Assembly (NCBI GenBank): GCA_045545475.1
Contig: JAZQAZ010000023.1
Span: forward strand, 72,387-136,386
Source of the DNA: Clostridia bacterium
Lineage (GTDB): Bacteria; Bacillota; Clostridia; CAKSNL01; HGM11501
DNA length: 64,000 nt
Direction: 5' to 3'
Part shown: positions 1 to 11,048 of the stretch, piece after piece
Layout: the number at the start of each line of letters is the position of its first letter
Numbering within the stretch: position 1 is the stretch's first letter
Notes under the pieces: generated by a model
What the model was told of the DNA's origin: nothing
Databases searched by the model: none
What the model saw: the letters and a program-made list of their open reading frames with translations, nothing else
Made by a program: the position numbers and the translations under genes

Positions 1-453
1 CGTGCCTGCGGAATCGGTTACATAGGAAAGAGCGGTCACATCCTTGCTCCCAAGTACGGTCCTTACATCCGTTATGCATTCATCGTAACAGATGCTCCTT
101 TGGAAACAGACGAGCCTTTATCCGAATCCATCTGCGATAACTGCGGACTTTGCGAGAATGCCTGCCCCGGTAAGGCAATTTCCGACGAGGGAATTGACAC
201 CTGGCAGTGTGCAGTTTACTATAAGGGTGCACACAAATCCAACCCCCTTATGAATGACGAATTCTTAAAAGGCAATCCCGACCGTGAAGCAATATTAAAT
301 GGTGAATACCATTTCGATGCCGAAAGTGCAAGAAAGATTTATCCCGAGCTTAAGAAGTTCCTTCCCGAGTTCAAGGGCTATGCACCTTGCCTTTGCGGTA
401 AAAAGTGCGACAAGGCATGCTTTGATCACTTAAAGGAGGTGGGCAGAATATGA
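1..453 (+). CDS. Epoxyqueuosine reductase/reductive dehalogenase-like 4Fe-4S protein, 5'-partial
   Basis: Frame open from base 1 (RACGIGYIGKSGHILAPKYGPYIRYAFIVTDAPL), then CDNCGLCENACP ferredoxin motif and CGKKCDKAC; paralog of the next gene. Confidence 0.75.
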   Translation, partial: RACGIGYIGKSGHILAPKYGPYIRYAFIVTDAPLETDEPLSESICDNCGLCENACPGKAISDEGIDTWQCAVYYKGAHKSNPLMNDEFLKGNPDREAILNGEYHFDAESARKIYPELKKFLPEFKGYAPCLCGKKCDKACFDHLKEVGRI

Positions 454-1385
454 AGACAGCTTTAACAGAATTTGCGAAAAAGGTTGGTGCTGACGGCGTT
501 GGCTTTGCTCCAGTTGACCGTTTCGGTGAAAACTCCGTTATAAAGGAAATTATGCCCGAAGCAAAAACAGTTATCGGTCTTTTGTTCCGAGTTCTCCGCG
601 GCTCTTACCGTGGTGTTGAAGAAGGAACAACCTATTATCAGTATTCCACCATGGGCGTTGAAACTATTGAAGAAACAGTTATGCCCATGACAAGCCTCCG
701 TGTTTGTAACTTCCTTGAAGAAGAAGGCTTCCTTGCCCTTCCTCAGCGAAGAATCCAGACCGTTATGGCAGCAGATGACGACACAAATCCCGAAATGGAC
801 TACACCTCAATTTACAAGGGCGTTAAGAATGAGCTTCAGATGGACTTTGACGAAGCGGCTGTTCTTACAGGTCTTGGCGAAAGAGGACTTCACGGCAAGG
901 TGCTTAACGAAGAATACGGTCCCTTCATCCGTTACTGCTTCGTATTGACCGACGCCGAAATCGAAGGCGACGAGGTAAAAACTCCCTCCCTTTGCGATAA
1001 GTGCGGTAAATGTATCGCTGCCTGCCCCGGTAAGGCAATCGACAAGGACGGTAAACTCGATAACTGGAAGTGCACAGTTTACTATAACGGTGCCTGCGGT
1101 CTTAAAAACCCCTTTATGCCTCCCGATGCTTTTTCAGACCTTCCCGACAGACTCCAGATCATTGCCGGCGAAGCTGACATAACACCCGAGCGTGCAAAGG
1201 AAATACTGGAAGAAATCCACTTCTATCCTGCAATCAAACACAACTACTCTCCCTCAATCTGCGGCAGAGCCTGCGATATGGCTTGCTATGTCCACTTAGA
1301 AGAAAAGGGCGTACTTAAGAAAAAGTTCAATACACCCTTCAGAAAGAGAGAAGAGTGGAGGTTTGACTTAAATGATTTTCGCTAA
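450..1385 (+). CDS. QueG-like 4Fe-4S dicluster protein
   Basis: GADGVGFAP, AAVLTGLGERG..YGPFIRY, CDKCGKCIAACP and CGRACDMAC motifs. Confidence 0.75.
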   Translation: MKTALTEFAKKVGADGVGFAPVDRFGENSVIKEIMPEAKTVIGLLFRVLRGSYRGVEEGTTYYQYSTMGVETIEETVMPMTSLRVCNFLEEEGFLALPQRRIQTVMAADDDTNPEMDYTSIYKGVKNELQMDFDEAAVLTGLGERGLHGKVLNEEYGPFIRYCFVLTDAEIEGDEVKTPSLCDKCGKCIAACPGKAIDKDGKLDNWKCTVYYNGACGLKNPFMPPDAFSDLPDRLQIIAGEADITPERAKEILEEIHFYPAIKHNYSPSICGRACDMACYVHLEEKGVLKKKFNTPFRKREEWRFDLNDFR

Positions 1386-3078
1386 TTTTTACGGCATAAA
1401 TGACAGAGGCGAAGTAGTTGACGCCATAATCACTCAGAAGGACAATGTGGTAACCCTTACCATTCCCAAGGAAAGGGTTATGCCCTGTCAGTATCTTGAT
1501 ATACATTCTCCCTATTTCACCGCGAAAGCAGGAGAAGAAGGCTATTTCTTTTCTTCTCCCATTCAGCGACAGGGCATTATAACCCGATTTAAATCGCAGG
1601 GAGATTTTACTCTCTGTTCCGATGAGAATCCCACCCTTTTAATCGGTGCAAAGCGTGATAATTTCAGCATAATTGCCTATCCCGAGGGCATGAGATATGA
1701 TATGTCAGAGGCTCTCTGGACAAAGGATAACGAATATAACCTTTGCTACAGAGTCCGCCTCGGCGGAGATTCTCCCTATGAAGATATATCCGTTAACTTC
1801 TACCTCTTACCTAAAGGAACGGAATATTCCGAAATGGCAGTTTATTACAGAAATCTCCTTCTTTCAAAGGGGATAATAAAGCCTATAACGGAGAAATCAA
1901 AAGAAAGAGCAGCCGTTGCCTATGCAAAGGATGCTCCCGAAATCAGAATCCGTATGGGGTGGAAGCCTGCTCCCTCTCCCGTTGCAGATCAGACATTGGA
2001 GAACGAACCTCCTATGCACGTTGCCTGCACCTTCCGAGATGTTATGAAGTTTATTGACGAGCTGAAAAAAGCAGGCGTAGACAAAGCACAGCTTTGTCTG
2101 GTTGGCTGGAACAAATCCGGTCACGACGGAAGATGGCCCGATGCCTTTCCCGTTGAGCCTCTTTTAGGCGGAGAAGAAGGTCTTCGTGAGCTTATAAGCT
2201 ATGCTAAAGCAAATGGTTATGCCATAGTATGTCACACAAACTCCACCGATGCTTATCCCATCTCTCCCAAAACCGAGGGAAATCTGGTTTTGAATGAGCA
2301 GGGCAAGGAACACGAAGGCGGTGTATGGAGTGGCGGAAGAGCAAGAAGACTTTGCCCCAAAAAAGCTTTGGAATTCGGCAAGGAAATCCTTCCGAAAGTT
2401 GCCGATTTAGGATTTTCGGGACTTCACTACATTGACGTTTTAGCCGTAATTTCACCAATGAAATGTGCAAATCCCGCACATCCCGTATCAAGAAGAGAAA
2501 CCGTTTCCTACTATAAGGAGCTTATGGGTATGTGTCACGAGCTTTTCGGTGGCTTTGCATCGGAAGGTGCTTATGACTTTGCCGAAGAATATGTTGACTA
2601 CGGATTTTACATTTCAAATAACCGTCCTCCCCATCCTCTGGCAGATGAATACATCCCCCTCTGGGAGCTTATCTACCACGGATTTATACTCTACAATGTT
2701 TCAACCTCAACGGTAAATGTAAACATAAGAGATATTAACGACCAGTTGATGTTCACAGAATACGGCGGAAGGTTAAGCTATTATGTTTATCAGAAATTCA
2801 TCACCGCCACAGCTTCAAACACCAACTGGCTTGGCAAGGATGACCTTACATTAGACGGCGAAGAAATGGCAAAAACCGTTGCCGTTATCAAGGAAGGCTA
2901 TGAGAAACACAAAAAGTATTTCAGCCTTCAGGAAGTTACTATGGATAAGCACGAAATAAAGGGCGATGTCCGCATTGTAACCTTCGGCAACGGCACAAAA
3001 TTAATCGTAAACTACGGCGATAATGAATACGTTGACGGAAATATAACCGTCGGTGCAAAGGATTATCTGTACGTATGA
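1372..3078 (+). CDS. Putative glycoside hydrolase (DUF5696/GH101-GH129-like TIM barrel)
   Basis: GWNKSGHDGRWPD, HTNSTDAY, GLHYIDV, SEG and IPLWELIYHG motifs. Confidence 0.65.
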   Translation: MIFANFYGINDRGEVVDAIITQKDNVVTLTIPKERVMPCQYLDIHSPYFTAKAGEEGYFFSSPIQRQGIITRFKSQGDFTLCSDENPTLLIGAKRDNFSIIAYPEGMRYDMSEALWTKDNEYNLCYRVRLGGDSPYEDISVNFYLLPKGTEYSEMAVYYRNLLLSKGIIKPITEKSKERAAVAYAKDAPEIRIRMGWKPAPSPVADQTLENEPPMHVACTFRDVMKFIDELKKAGVDKAQLCLVGWNKSGHDGRWPDAFPVEPLLGGEEGLRELISYAKANGYAIVCHTNSTDAYPISPKTEGNLVLNEQGKEHEGGVWSGGRARRLCPKKALEFGKEILPKVADLGFSGLHYIDVLAVISPMKCANPAHPVSRRETVSYYKELMGMCHELFGGFASEGAYDFAEEYVDYGFYISNNRPPHPLADEYIPLWELIYHGFILYNVSTSTVNVNIRDINDQLMFTEYGGRLSYYVYQKFITATASNTNWLGKDDLTLDGEEMAKTVAVIKEGYEKHKKYFSLQEVTMDKHEIKGDVRIVTFGNGTKLIVNYGDNEYVDGNITVGAKDYLYV

Positions 3079-3080
3079 CA

Positions 3081-3106
3081 AAAAGCACCGCTACGGCGGT
3101 GCTTTT
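3081..3106 (+). terminator. Rho-independent terminator
   Basis: AAAAGCACCGC-tacg-GCGGTGCTTTT directly after the stop at 3078. Confidence 0.8.
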
Positions 3107-3153
3107 ATCTGCTTGTGCAGAAGCTTGACGGAATATGGTATTCTTTCGTTTTT

Positions 3154-3186
3154 ATAAAAAAGAGGGCTAAAAGCCCTCTTTTTTAT
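3154..3186 (-). terminator. Rho-independent (bidirectional) terminator
   Basis: ATAAAAAAGAGGGC..GCCCTCTTTTTTAT next to the stop of 3190..4065. Confidence 0.75.
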
Positions 3187-3189
3187 ATT

Positions 3190-4065
3190 TTACTCTAAAA
3201 CAGGTTGTCTCCACATTGTTCCGTCAGCGAATAATACATCGGTTATGCCTAAAAAGCGTATATATTCACAATTTATTCCCGTAAGATCATCTGTGAGATC
3301 TACATAGTAACCTTCAGCCACCTCATATGGAGCTAAATTTTCTCCTGTTACTTCCGCACCAGTATATCCTTCTCTGTCTTTTACAGGATTTTTGTACGAA
3401 TCATAGTAATCTAAAGTGAATCTGAAAGCGGTTATTTGTCGTCCCGTCTCATTTACCAAATCATACTCAAACAATAAATCACCGTTATTCATTTCAACGA
3501 ACTCTTGATTTATAAGTGAAATAGGTGCATAATCTGTATCAGCTGTAATATAAAGGGTATTATCAACAAAGGTATTGGTCCATCCAAATTGGCGTGTCCA
3601 GCTCCACGTCATAGGAAAGTAGAGTACATTATTGCAATTGTAAACAGGATATTGCTCAAATGCATTCACAAAAAGAACGCCGCCGACTGTTATTCTTCCG
3701 GTTGCAAGCGTTGCTTTTGCTGTCAACGGTTTCGCACTTCTACTTATATTCGGAAGATATTCTGCACAGTCATAACCGTATGTAATAGCATTACCTTCTG
3801 TGCTTGTCCATGTGTTCATAAGCCCGAGGGTTGCGCAATCATTATATGTCATAGGAAAGTAGGTTATATCATTGTAAACATAAAACGGATATTCTCTGTA
3901 TTTGTTTGCTTCCGTATCAACAACATATCCGTTGATAACTATGTCAAAGGATGGACGTGTGAACGTAACAGTTTGTTCGGGAGCGGCTTTTACTGTAAAA
4001 CATGATATTGCAATGGTAGCAGCCAAAACCGTTGCGGCTGTAAGAATTTTCGAAAAAATTTTCAT
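3190..4065 (-). CDS. Secreted/surface protein with copper-amine-oxidase-N-like repeats
   Basis: Signal peptide; two YP..YN.I.YFPMT repeats. Confidence 0.65.
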   Translation of the reverse strand: MKIFSKILTAATVLAATIAISCFTVKAAPEQTVTFTRPSFDIVINGYVVDTEANKYREYPFYVYNDITYFPMTYNDCATLGLMNTWTSTEGNAITYGYDCAEYLPNISRSAKPLTAKATLATGRITVGGVLFVNAFEQYPVYNCNNVLYFPMTWSWTRQFGWTNTFVDNTLYITADTDYAPISLINQEFVEMNNGDLLFEYDLVNETGRQITAFRFTLDYYDSYKNPVKDREGYTGAEVTGENLAPYEVAEGYYVDLTDDLTGINCEYIRFLGITDVLFADGTMWRQPVLE

Positions 4066-4237
4066 TTCATTCCCTCCAATAATATATTTTTGTTAGCTTT
4101 ACCGCACGTACTGCGATAATCAATATTCTAAATAAATATTAGCACATATGTATTTTTTTGTCAACAACAGATGGGATTAAATCGCAAAAATGTTTTATTT
4201 CCGAATTTGCAAATTATAATTCTGCGGTGCTTTTTTC

Positions 4238-4266
4238 TTGACATATCTCATCTTTTGCATTAAAAT
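4238..4266 (+). promoter_or_regulatory. Sigma-A promoter
   Basis: TTGACA-17 bp-TAAAAT upstream of 4297. Confidence 0.7.
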
Positions 4267-4296
4267 ATACTGTAATATTTTTAAGGACGGTTTTTT

Positions 4297-5154
4297 ATGC
4301 ACGAAATTTTGCACATTCTGGAGCATGCTTTTATTGACACATTAAAGGTGCTCCCATCACTTTTTTTAATTTATCTTTTAATTGAATATTTAGAGCATAA
4401 GAATAACAACAAAGCTCACCACCTTTTTATGAAATCGGAAAAGGCAGGTCCCTTATTTGGCGGACTTTTCGGATGCATCCCCCAATGCGGATTTTCCGTT
4501 ATCGCATCGGAGCTTTACTCAAAGCGATTTATCTCCCTCGGCACATTGCTTGCTGTATTCATCGCAACAAGCGACGAGGCAATCCCCCTGCTTCTTTCAG
4601 AGCCTTCCTTATGGGCGAAAATGCTTATGCTGATATTGGCAAAATTTATTTTTGCAGTGCTTTTCGGCTTTCTAATTGATTTATTCATAAGAAAAAAGCA
4701 GCACGTCCATCATCACCACTGCGAGGAAGAACACCATGAGCATCACCACTATCACGGCAACTGCGAAAGCTGTCACGACGGAATACTTAAATCCACACTT
4801 ATCCACGTGGTTAAAATTTTCGCATTTATTTTCCTGATTTCCGTAATCTTAGGTTTTATGATGGAATATGTTCCAAAGGAAATGCTTTCCGTAAATAAAT
4901 TTCTTCAGCCCTTTATCGCACCCGTCATCGGTCTTATCCCCAACTGTGCGGCATCGGTGCTTTTGACCGAGCTTTACATAGAAGGAATAATAACCCTTTC
5001 ATCCTTAATCGGCGGTCTTTGTGCCGGTGCAGGAGTCGGCTTGATTGTTCTTTTCCGCCTTAACAAAAACTTAAAGGAAAACCTTTCTGTAGTATTGCTT
5101 CTTTATTTAATTGGTACACTTACCGCAATGGTTCTCACATTTTTCGGAATATAA
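4297..5154 (+). CDS. Putative heavy-metal (Mn/As efflux-type) permease
   Basis: G.IPQCGFS and GLIPNCAAS repeats, ATSDEA, His-rich loop, multiple TM helices. Confidence 0.75.
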   Translation: MHEILHILEHAFIDTLKVLPSLFLIYLLIEYLEHKNNNKAHHLFMKSEKAGPLFGGLFGCIPQCGFSVIASELYSKRFISLGTLLAVFIATSDEAIPLLLSEPSLWAKMLMLILAKFIFAVLFGFLIDLFIRKKQHVHHHHCEEEHHEHHHYHGNCESCHDGILKSTLIHVVKIFAFIFLISVILGFMMEYVPKEMLSVNKFLQPFIAPVIGLIPNCAASVLLTELYIEGIITLSSLIGGLCAGAGVGLIVLFRLNKNLKENLSVVLLLYLIGTLTAMVLTFFGI

Positions 5155-5188
5155 CAATTAAAATCGCTGTTATCAAGGAGGATTCATA

Positions 5189-6544
5189 ATGAAAAAACTT
5201 TTTTCGTTGCTCGTTGCTGTTTTAATTTTAGCAAGCTCGTTTCAAATAGTTACTTCTGCAGGCGAAAACGTGAATGTTATAATAGACGAAGATGTTCTTT
5301 CTTTTGATGTTGCCCCCCAAATAATAAACGGTCGCACTATGGTTCCGCTCCGAGGAATTTTTGAGTATTTCGGAGCTGAGGTTACCTGGAATCAGAACTT
5401 ACAGTCAATCCGTTCAACTTTGGGCAATGTTTCAATTTTCATGCAGGTAGGAAATCAAGAGGCCGTAATAAACGGTAATTCTGTTATTCTTGACTCACCT
5501 CCCATCATAACAAACGGAAGAACTTTAGTCCCGGTTCGTGTCATCGCCGAAGCTTTTTCTGCCAAGGTTTCATGGGATGGGGAAACAAAAACCGTAATAA
5601 TAGAAACACCTTATCCGAAAAGCAAAAACAAACCGGCTTCAGACTTTGACAAATATCACCTTCGCACATCCTATGGAGATTTCGAATATTTTGACATCTC
5701 CATAAGTGCAAACAAGCTTAAAATATCCGGTAAACTTAAAGACCAGACCAAGGACAGCATACTCATAAAAATCGGAGAAATAAATGAATCCATCGAAAAG
5801 GGAAATAAGGGAATATTTAACGCCACGTTAAATTTAGACAAGGCTAAAATATCAGACTTTGCACTTCTTTCAATATACACAAACATTCCGGGAACATATC
5901 AATATATCTCCTACACTTTTGATACAATTAAAATAATAAATTCCGGAAAAGATTATTTCTTTGAAGAGCCCCTGGTTTATGACAATAATTTATCTTTATC
6001 GGGAAAGTGGGCAACTCCCCTTGCCTATACAAACTATGAAATCGACGAACGCATAGTTACACTTTCCAATGAGATATGTAAAGACGCCGAAACCGACTAT
6101 GAAAAGCTTTTGGCTCTCCACACCTGGGTTTGCGAAAACATATATTACGATTTTGACTATTATTATGACAAATCCAACAATCTTTATTATTCGGATGTTG
6201 AAGTTTTAGATGCAAAGCGAACCGTTTGTGCCGGATATACTAATATATTACTTTCGCTGATTCGTGCACAGAAAATTCCCGCAAGAAGCATTTCGGGTTA
6301 TGCCCTGGGGCTTGGCAGCAGCGTTCATTTCTGGGAAGACACTTCTGCTGATGTGAAAACTTCCAACCATGCATGGATTCAGGCCTATGCTGACAATCGC
6401 TGGATTAATATTGATGCAACATGGGACAGTGGCAACAAGTACGAAAACGGCCAGTTCAAATACGGAGGCATTGAAAACTATCTCCATTTCGACATATCCG
6501 ACGCCATGCTGGCAATGGATCACAAATTCATCAGAGTTGAATAA
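5189..6544 (+). CDS. Copper amine oxidase N-terminal + transglutaminase-like domain protein
   Basis: Signal peptide, INGRTMVPLR/GRTLVPVR, VCAGY..HAW..W..IDATWD catalytic triad. Confidence 0.85.
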   Translation: MKKLFSLLVAVLILASSFQIVTSAGENVNVIIDEDVLSFDVAPQIINGRTMVPLRGIFEYFGAEVTWNQNLQSIRSTLGNVSIFMQVGNQEAVINGNSVILDSPPIITNGRTLVPVRVIAEAFSAKVSWDGETKTVIIETPYPKSKNKPASDFDKYHLRTSYGDFEYFDISISANKLKISGKLKDQTKDSILIKIGEINESIEKGNKGIFNATLNLDKAKISDFALLSIYTNIPGTYQYISYTFDTIKIINSGKDYFFEEPLVYDNNLSLSGKWATPLAYTNYEIDERIVTLSNEICKDAETDYEKLLALHTWVCENIYYDFDYYYDKSNNLYYSDVEVLDAKRTVCAGYTNILLSLIRAQKIPARSISGYALGLGSSVHFWEDTSADVKTSNHAWIQAYADNRWINIDATWDSGNKYENGQFKYGGIENYLHFDISDAMLAMDHKFIRVE

Positions 6545-6580
6545 AAATAAGCTGAAGGCGAAAGCCTTCAGCTTATTTTT
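6543..6580. terminator. Bidirectional terminator
   Basis: AAAAATAAGCTGAAGGC-gaaa-GCCTTCAGCTTATTTTT between convergent genes. Confidence 0.85.
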
Positions 6581-6961
6581 TTATTTTCTTTGTTTAATAA
6601 CTTCTTCCGTGTATGCCAGTATAGCGTTTGCAACCTCTCTTCTGAAAGGTCTTTCAACGGAAACCGTTCCTTCGTAAAATAGCGGAAATCCATTTTGCTC
6701 TGCCAGCCTGTTTAAAACATTTACCGCTGTTATGACGCTGTCATGATTCATGGTTCTTTTTTTATCCATTTCCATAACCATCGATTGATAGTCACTAAGG
6801 CCGAGAATTTCGGAATTATAAATCTTCACCTTGGTTTCCATAGCATAAATGGCTCTGTGATAATCTTCAAAGGTCTGAAGCTGATCGAAAATTATTTCCA
6901 GCATCATCTTATCGTCCTTATATACATTTATGAGTTTATCTAAAGTCTCCTTATTTATCAT
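6581..6961 (-). CDS. Hypothetical protein (DUF3232-like)
   Basis: D..R...HD..I..V..LNRLA motif; RBS GGAGG; co-oriented with fbp. Confidence 0.6.
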   Translation of the reverse strand: MINKETLDKLINVYKDDKMMLEIIFDQLQTFEDYHRAIYAMETKVKIYNSEILGLSDYQSMVMEMDKKRTMNHDSVITAVNVLNRLAEQNGFPLFYEGTVSVERPFRREVANAILAYTEEVIKQRK

Positions 6962-6972
6962 ACTTTACCTCC

Positions 6973-8928
6973 TTATTTTGTACGCTCAGATATGTATCCT
7001 TTTTTATATGCCTCAAGCAGTTCTTTAAGAATCTCTCTTCGCTCTGCTATCCTTTTACCGTTATCTGTATCTCCCACCATCATTCTTTTCGGGAACTCCT
7101 CAATCATAATTTTATCCGAATGCAGGTCAAAATCCTTTTCAATTACATCTGCAATTGAAGTAAAGCTCTGATGCTCCGTTATGGAAAATCCGTAGGAATT
7201 ACTTATCAGCGTATAGCCTGCAATACCGGTGGTTTTTCTGTAAGCTTTAGAAAAGCCTCCGTCAATTACATAAAGCTTTCCGCCTGCTTTTATGGGGCTT
7301 TCCCCTTTTTTACGTTTTACGGGAACATGACCGTTTATTATATGTCCGCTGTCAGGATTAAGCGAAAACTCGGACAAAATCATGCGGCATATTTCCTCGT
7401 TATCATTATAACGGTAATACGGATTTTTCTCCTCACTAAGAAGTTGTTTTTCGCCTGTAAAATATGTTTCAAAGGCAGCAGATTTCTCCTTTCCGTAAAG
7501 CGGTGAAAGCTTACCGCACCAAAGATACCACAAAAAGTCAGTTTTTTCTTCTTCCTTTGAAAAATACGCTTCCCTCACAAGTTTATCCGCTTTGTCAAGG
7601 TAGGCTTTTCCGCTTAATATTTCTTCTCCTATCTTAAATTTTGAAAGTCCGCCCGCTTCATTCATGGGAATACAGCCGTGGAACAAAAGATTTCCGTTGA
7701 ATATTTTATACATTCCGCCGTTGTTTATCATGAATCTTATGTGCTTTTGCAACTTCTCACTGTGAAGAAACGAACGCTTAAGAGACTTCATCACCTTCTC
7801 TTCTTCCTTCGTCAGTTTAAGAGGATTTTCCCTGTCAACAGTGGGAAAGCTTTTATCTGTAAGGGAATATGTTTTTCCGCCAATGGCAATTTCGCCATTT
7901 TCATAATCAATTTTTTTAAGCATTACCCTGTCGGACATATCATATTCGGGATGTTTTTCAATTATCTTTCCCTCAAGCTTGAACTGTATAACCGATATAG
8001 CTTTATGCATTTTTGCGGTAAGTCCCGCATCTCGTCCTTTCATCACATGTTTTTCGGAATCAAGTGGCATAAAGTTTTCACAAAGGTCATCTTTATAAAC
8101 TTCCGTGGCAAAGGAAGAAAGCATTCTTGTGTTTATTCCGTAGCCTATTTCAATTACGTCAAAATTATTATATCTTAAAGAATTTCTTACCACATTACAA
8201 ATCAGTGCCTCGTTTCCAGATGCCGCACCGATCCACTCAATATCATGATTTCCCCACTGCATATCAATGGAGTGATAGCCAATAAGTTCTTCCATTATTA
8301 TATCGGCTCTGGGGCCTCTGTCAAAAACATCTCCTAGAATGTGCAAATGGTCTACAGAAAGCCTTCTTATAAGCACGCACAAGGCAATAATCATTTCCTC
8401 TGCAAACCCTGTTTCAATTACGGAACGGATAATTTCCGCATAATACTCATGCTTGTTTATCTCTGCTTCCGGAGTGTGCAAAAGCTCCTCCATAATATAA
8501 GAAAATTCTCTGGGCATAGCCTTTCTTACTTTTGAACGGGTGTATTTTGAAGAAACGAGTCGGCAAATGGCAGAAAGCCTTTCTAAGGTGGTTTCATACC
8601 ACTCGGGAGTAATAACCTTCTTTTGCTTTAAGTAATAAAGTTTTCTTTCCGGATAATAAACCAACGTGGCAAGCTGCTCTTTTTCCTTGTCACTCATTTC
8701 AGATGCAAAAAGCATGTTGATTTTTGTTTTTATAACTCCGGATGCATTTTTAAGAACGTGCAGAAACGCTTCATACTCGCCGTGTAAATCACTTACAAAA
8801 TGCTCAGTCCCCTTTGGAAGGTTAAGGATTGCAGAAAGGTTTATAATTTCCGCTCCCACCGCTTTAATTGTAGGATAATCCTTTGACAAAAGAGTTAAAT
8901 AATCAAGCTTTTCTGTTATCTCATTCAT
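6973..8928 (-). CDS. fbp: Fructose-1,6-bisphosphatase class III
   Basis: LNLPKGTEHFVSDLHGEY, GDVFDRGP, QWGNHD, INGHVPVK, VIDGGFSKAY. Confidence 0.95.
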   Translation of the reverse strand: MNEITEKLDYLTLLSKDYPTIKAVGAEIINLSAILNLPKGTEHFVSDLHGEYEAFLHVLKNASGVIKTKINMLFASEMSDKEKEQLATLVYYPERKLYYLKQKKVITPEWYETTLERLSAICRLVSSKYTRSKVRKAMPREFSYIMEELLHTPEAEINKHEYYAEIIRSVIETGFAEEMIIALCVLIRRLSVDHLHILGDVFDRGPRADIIMEELIGYHSIDMQWGNHDIEWIGAASGNEALICNVVRNSLRYNNFDVIEIGYGINTRMLSSFATEVYKDDLCENFMPLDSEKHVMKGRDAGLTAKMHKAISVIQFKLEGKIIEKHPEYDMSDRVMLKKIDYENGEIAIGGKTYSLTDKSFPTVDRENPLKLTKEEEKVMKSLKRSFLHSEKLQKHIRFMINNGGMYKIFNGNLLFHGCIPMNEAGGLSKFKIGEEILSGKAYLDKADKLVREAYFSKEEEKTDFLWYLWCGKLSPLYGKEKSAAFETYFTGEKQLLSEEKNPYYRYNDNEEICRMILSEFSLNPDSGHIINGHVPVKRKKGESPIKAGGKLYVIDGGFSKAYRKTTGIAGYTLISNSYGFSITEHQSFTSIADVIEKDFDLHSDKIMIEEFPKRMMVGDTDNGKRIAERREILKELLEAYKKGYISERTK

Positions 8929-9018
8929 AATAATTCCTCCGTTCTTTTTTATAATAACACAAAGTAATAATTTTTTCTACATATTAATGAAAAATTTTTA
9001 AATAAATTGTTTTTATTA

Positions 9019-9047
9019 TTGACTTTTTCTTTAAAAACATATATTAT
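9019..9047 (+). promoter_or_regulatory. Sigma-A promoter of the pot operon
   Basis: TTGACT-17 bp-TATTAT. Confidence 0.5.
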
Positions 9048-9166
9048 GATATAATAGTGTATGGTGCGGATATTATGTAAACTTACAAATTCGCTTCATA
9101 TAATATACCATCGGAACAGCGTTTGTTTTTATTACTGTTCCGATAAGAAAAAAGGGGGCAGATACA

Positions 9167-10216
9167 TTGGAAGAGGCTATCATTGAATTAGTTAATGTGT
9201 CTAAGGATTTTGATGGCGAGGGTGTTTTAAAAAACATCAATCTCAAGATTAATAAACACGAATTTTTAACGCTTTTAGGTCCTTCAGGTTGCGGAAAAAC
9301 CACAACTCTCAGAATTATTGCAGGATTTGATACTCCCACAAGCGGAAACGTTTTATTTGAAGGCAAGGATATAAAGGAGATTCCTCCCTACAAAAGAAGA
9401 GTAAACACCGTTTTTCAGAAGTATGCACTTTTCCCGCATCTCAATGTTTTTGAAAACATTGCTTTCGGCCTCAGGATTAAAAAGCTTGACAAAGAAATAA
9501 TAAAAGAAAAGGTATTAAAAATGCTGGCTCTTGTTAACTTAAAGGGCTTTGAAAAGCGTGATGTTGACTCTCTTTCGGGCGGTCAGCAGCAGCGTGTTGC
9601 AATTGCAAGAGCTTTGGTTAACGAGCCTGAGGTTCTTCTTCTGGACGAGCCATTAGGTGCTCTTGACTTAAAGCTTCGTAAGGACATGCAGCTTGAACTC
9701 AAACGGATTCAGCAGGAAACCGGCATCACCTTTATTTACGTTACTCATGACCAGGAAGAAGCACTCACCATGAGTGACAGGATAGTGGTTATGAACAGCG
9801 GTAAAATTCAGCAGCTGGGTACTCCCGTTGATATTTATAACGAGCCTGAAAACGCCTTTGTTGCAGACTTTATCGGTGAAAGCAACATAATCGACGGAAT
9901 TATGAAAAAAGACTGCCTTGTTTCCTTCCTTGACAGAGATGTTCCCTGCGTCGATGTAGGATTTTCGGAAAATGAACCTGTGGATGTTGTTATCCGTCCT
10001 GAAGATATTAAGCTCGGTAAAGTCGGCGAAGGAATTATTGACGGCGTTGTGAAAAGCGTAACCTTCAAAGGCGTGCATTACGAAATGATTATAGAAGCAG
10101 GCTCTTTTCCCTTTATGGTTCACAGCACCCTTAAGGAAGAAATAGGTGCCGAGGTAAGCATTTCTGTCATTCCGTTTGATATTCACATTATGAAGAAGGT
10201 GGCCGAAGATGAGTAA
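9167..10216 (+). CDS. potA: Spermidine/putrescine ABC transporter ATP-binding protein
   Basis: [37 protein letters not shown]-terminal TOBE-like region. Confidence 0.93.
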   Translation: MEEAIIELVNVSKDFDGEGVLKNINLKINKHEFLTLLGPSGCGKTTTLRIIAGFDTPTSGNVLFEGKDIKEIPPYKRRVNTVFQKYALFPHLNVFENIAFGLRIKKLDKEIIKEKVLKMLALVNLKGFEKRDVDSLSGGQQQRVAIARALVNEPEVLLLDEPLGALDLKLRKDMQLELKRIQQETGITFIYVTHDQEEALTMSDRIVVMNSGKIQQLGTPVDIYNEPENAFVADFIGESNIIDGIMKKDCLVSFLDRDVPCVDVGFSENEPVDVVIRPEDIKLGKVGEGIIDGVVKSVTFKGVHYEMIIEAGSFPFMVHSTLKEEIGAEVSISVIPFDIHIMKKVAEDE

Positions 10217-11048
10217 GAAGACCACCTATCTTGCCCTTCCTTATTTTGCCTGGGCTATTATCTTCACCGTATTGCCGCTTTTACTTGTTTTTATGTTTGC
10301 GGTATTTAAATATGACGGCGAAGGCTATTATTTCACCACGGAATATCTTTCCCAGCTTGTCTCCGGCAAAGATGAAATCATAGCTTCTCTTATAAGAAGC
10401 TTAAAGCTTTCCGCAATTGCAACGGTTGTATGTCTCATTCTGGGCTATCCTCTTGCATACATTCTTGCAAACAGCAAGTCCAAATACAAAAGCCTTCTTA
10501 CAACTCTTATAATTCTTCCCATGTGGATGAACTTTCTTGTAAGAACATATGCACTTTTGTCCCTTATGGAAAATTCCGGCCTTATAAATCAGTTTTTGGG
10601 CCTCTTCGGAATTGACCGAATCCAGTTCCTCTATAAGGAAAGCTCTATAGCGGTGGGAATGATATACAACTATCTCCCCTTTATGGTTCTTCCCATCCAT
10701 TCGGTTTTATCAAAAATGGATAACCGCCTTATCGAAGCGGCAGAGGATTTGGGTGCAAATAAGCTTAAAGTTTTCACAAAAGTAATTTTTCCATTAAGCC
10801 TGGGCGGAGTTATAAGCGGTATTGAAATGGTTTTCATTCCTTCAATCACAACCTTTGCTCTTTCCCAGATTCTAGGTGGAAGCAAAACTCTTTTAATCGG
10901 CGATATGATTGAACGCCAGTTTTTAGAGTTTAATAACTGGGGATACGGCTCTCTTTTATCCGTAATCGTAATTGTTATTGTACTTCTTTGTATGTTCATA
11001 ACAAGCAGATTCGGTTCTTCGGACAATGAAGGGGGGCTCTTGGGATGA
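10209..11048 (+). CDS. potB: Polyamine ABC transporter permease
   Basis: [31 protein letters not shown]. Confidence 0.9.
   Translation: MSKKTTYLALPYFAWAIIFTVLPLLLVFMFAVFKYDGEGYYFTTEYLSQLVSGKDEIIASLIRSLKLSAIATVVCLILGYPLAYILANSKSKYKSLLTTLIILPMWMNFLVRTYALLSLMENSGLINQFLGLFGIDRIQFLYKESSIAVGMIYNYLPFMVLPIHSVLSKMDNRLIEAAEDLGANKLKVFTKVIFPLSLGGVISGIEMVFIPSITTFALSQILGGSKTLLIGDMIERQFLEFNNWGYGSLLSVIVIVIVLLCMFITSRFGSSDNEGGLLG

Noticed and set aside
7171-8878. Numerous antisense/overlapping ORFs in the track (here and throughout)
   Set aside because: They lie opposite or within well-supported genes and have no motifs or RBS.
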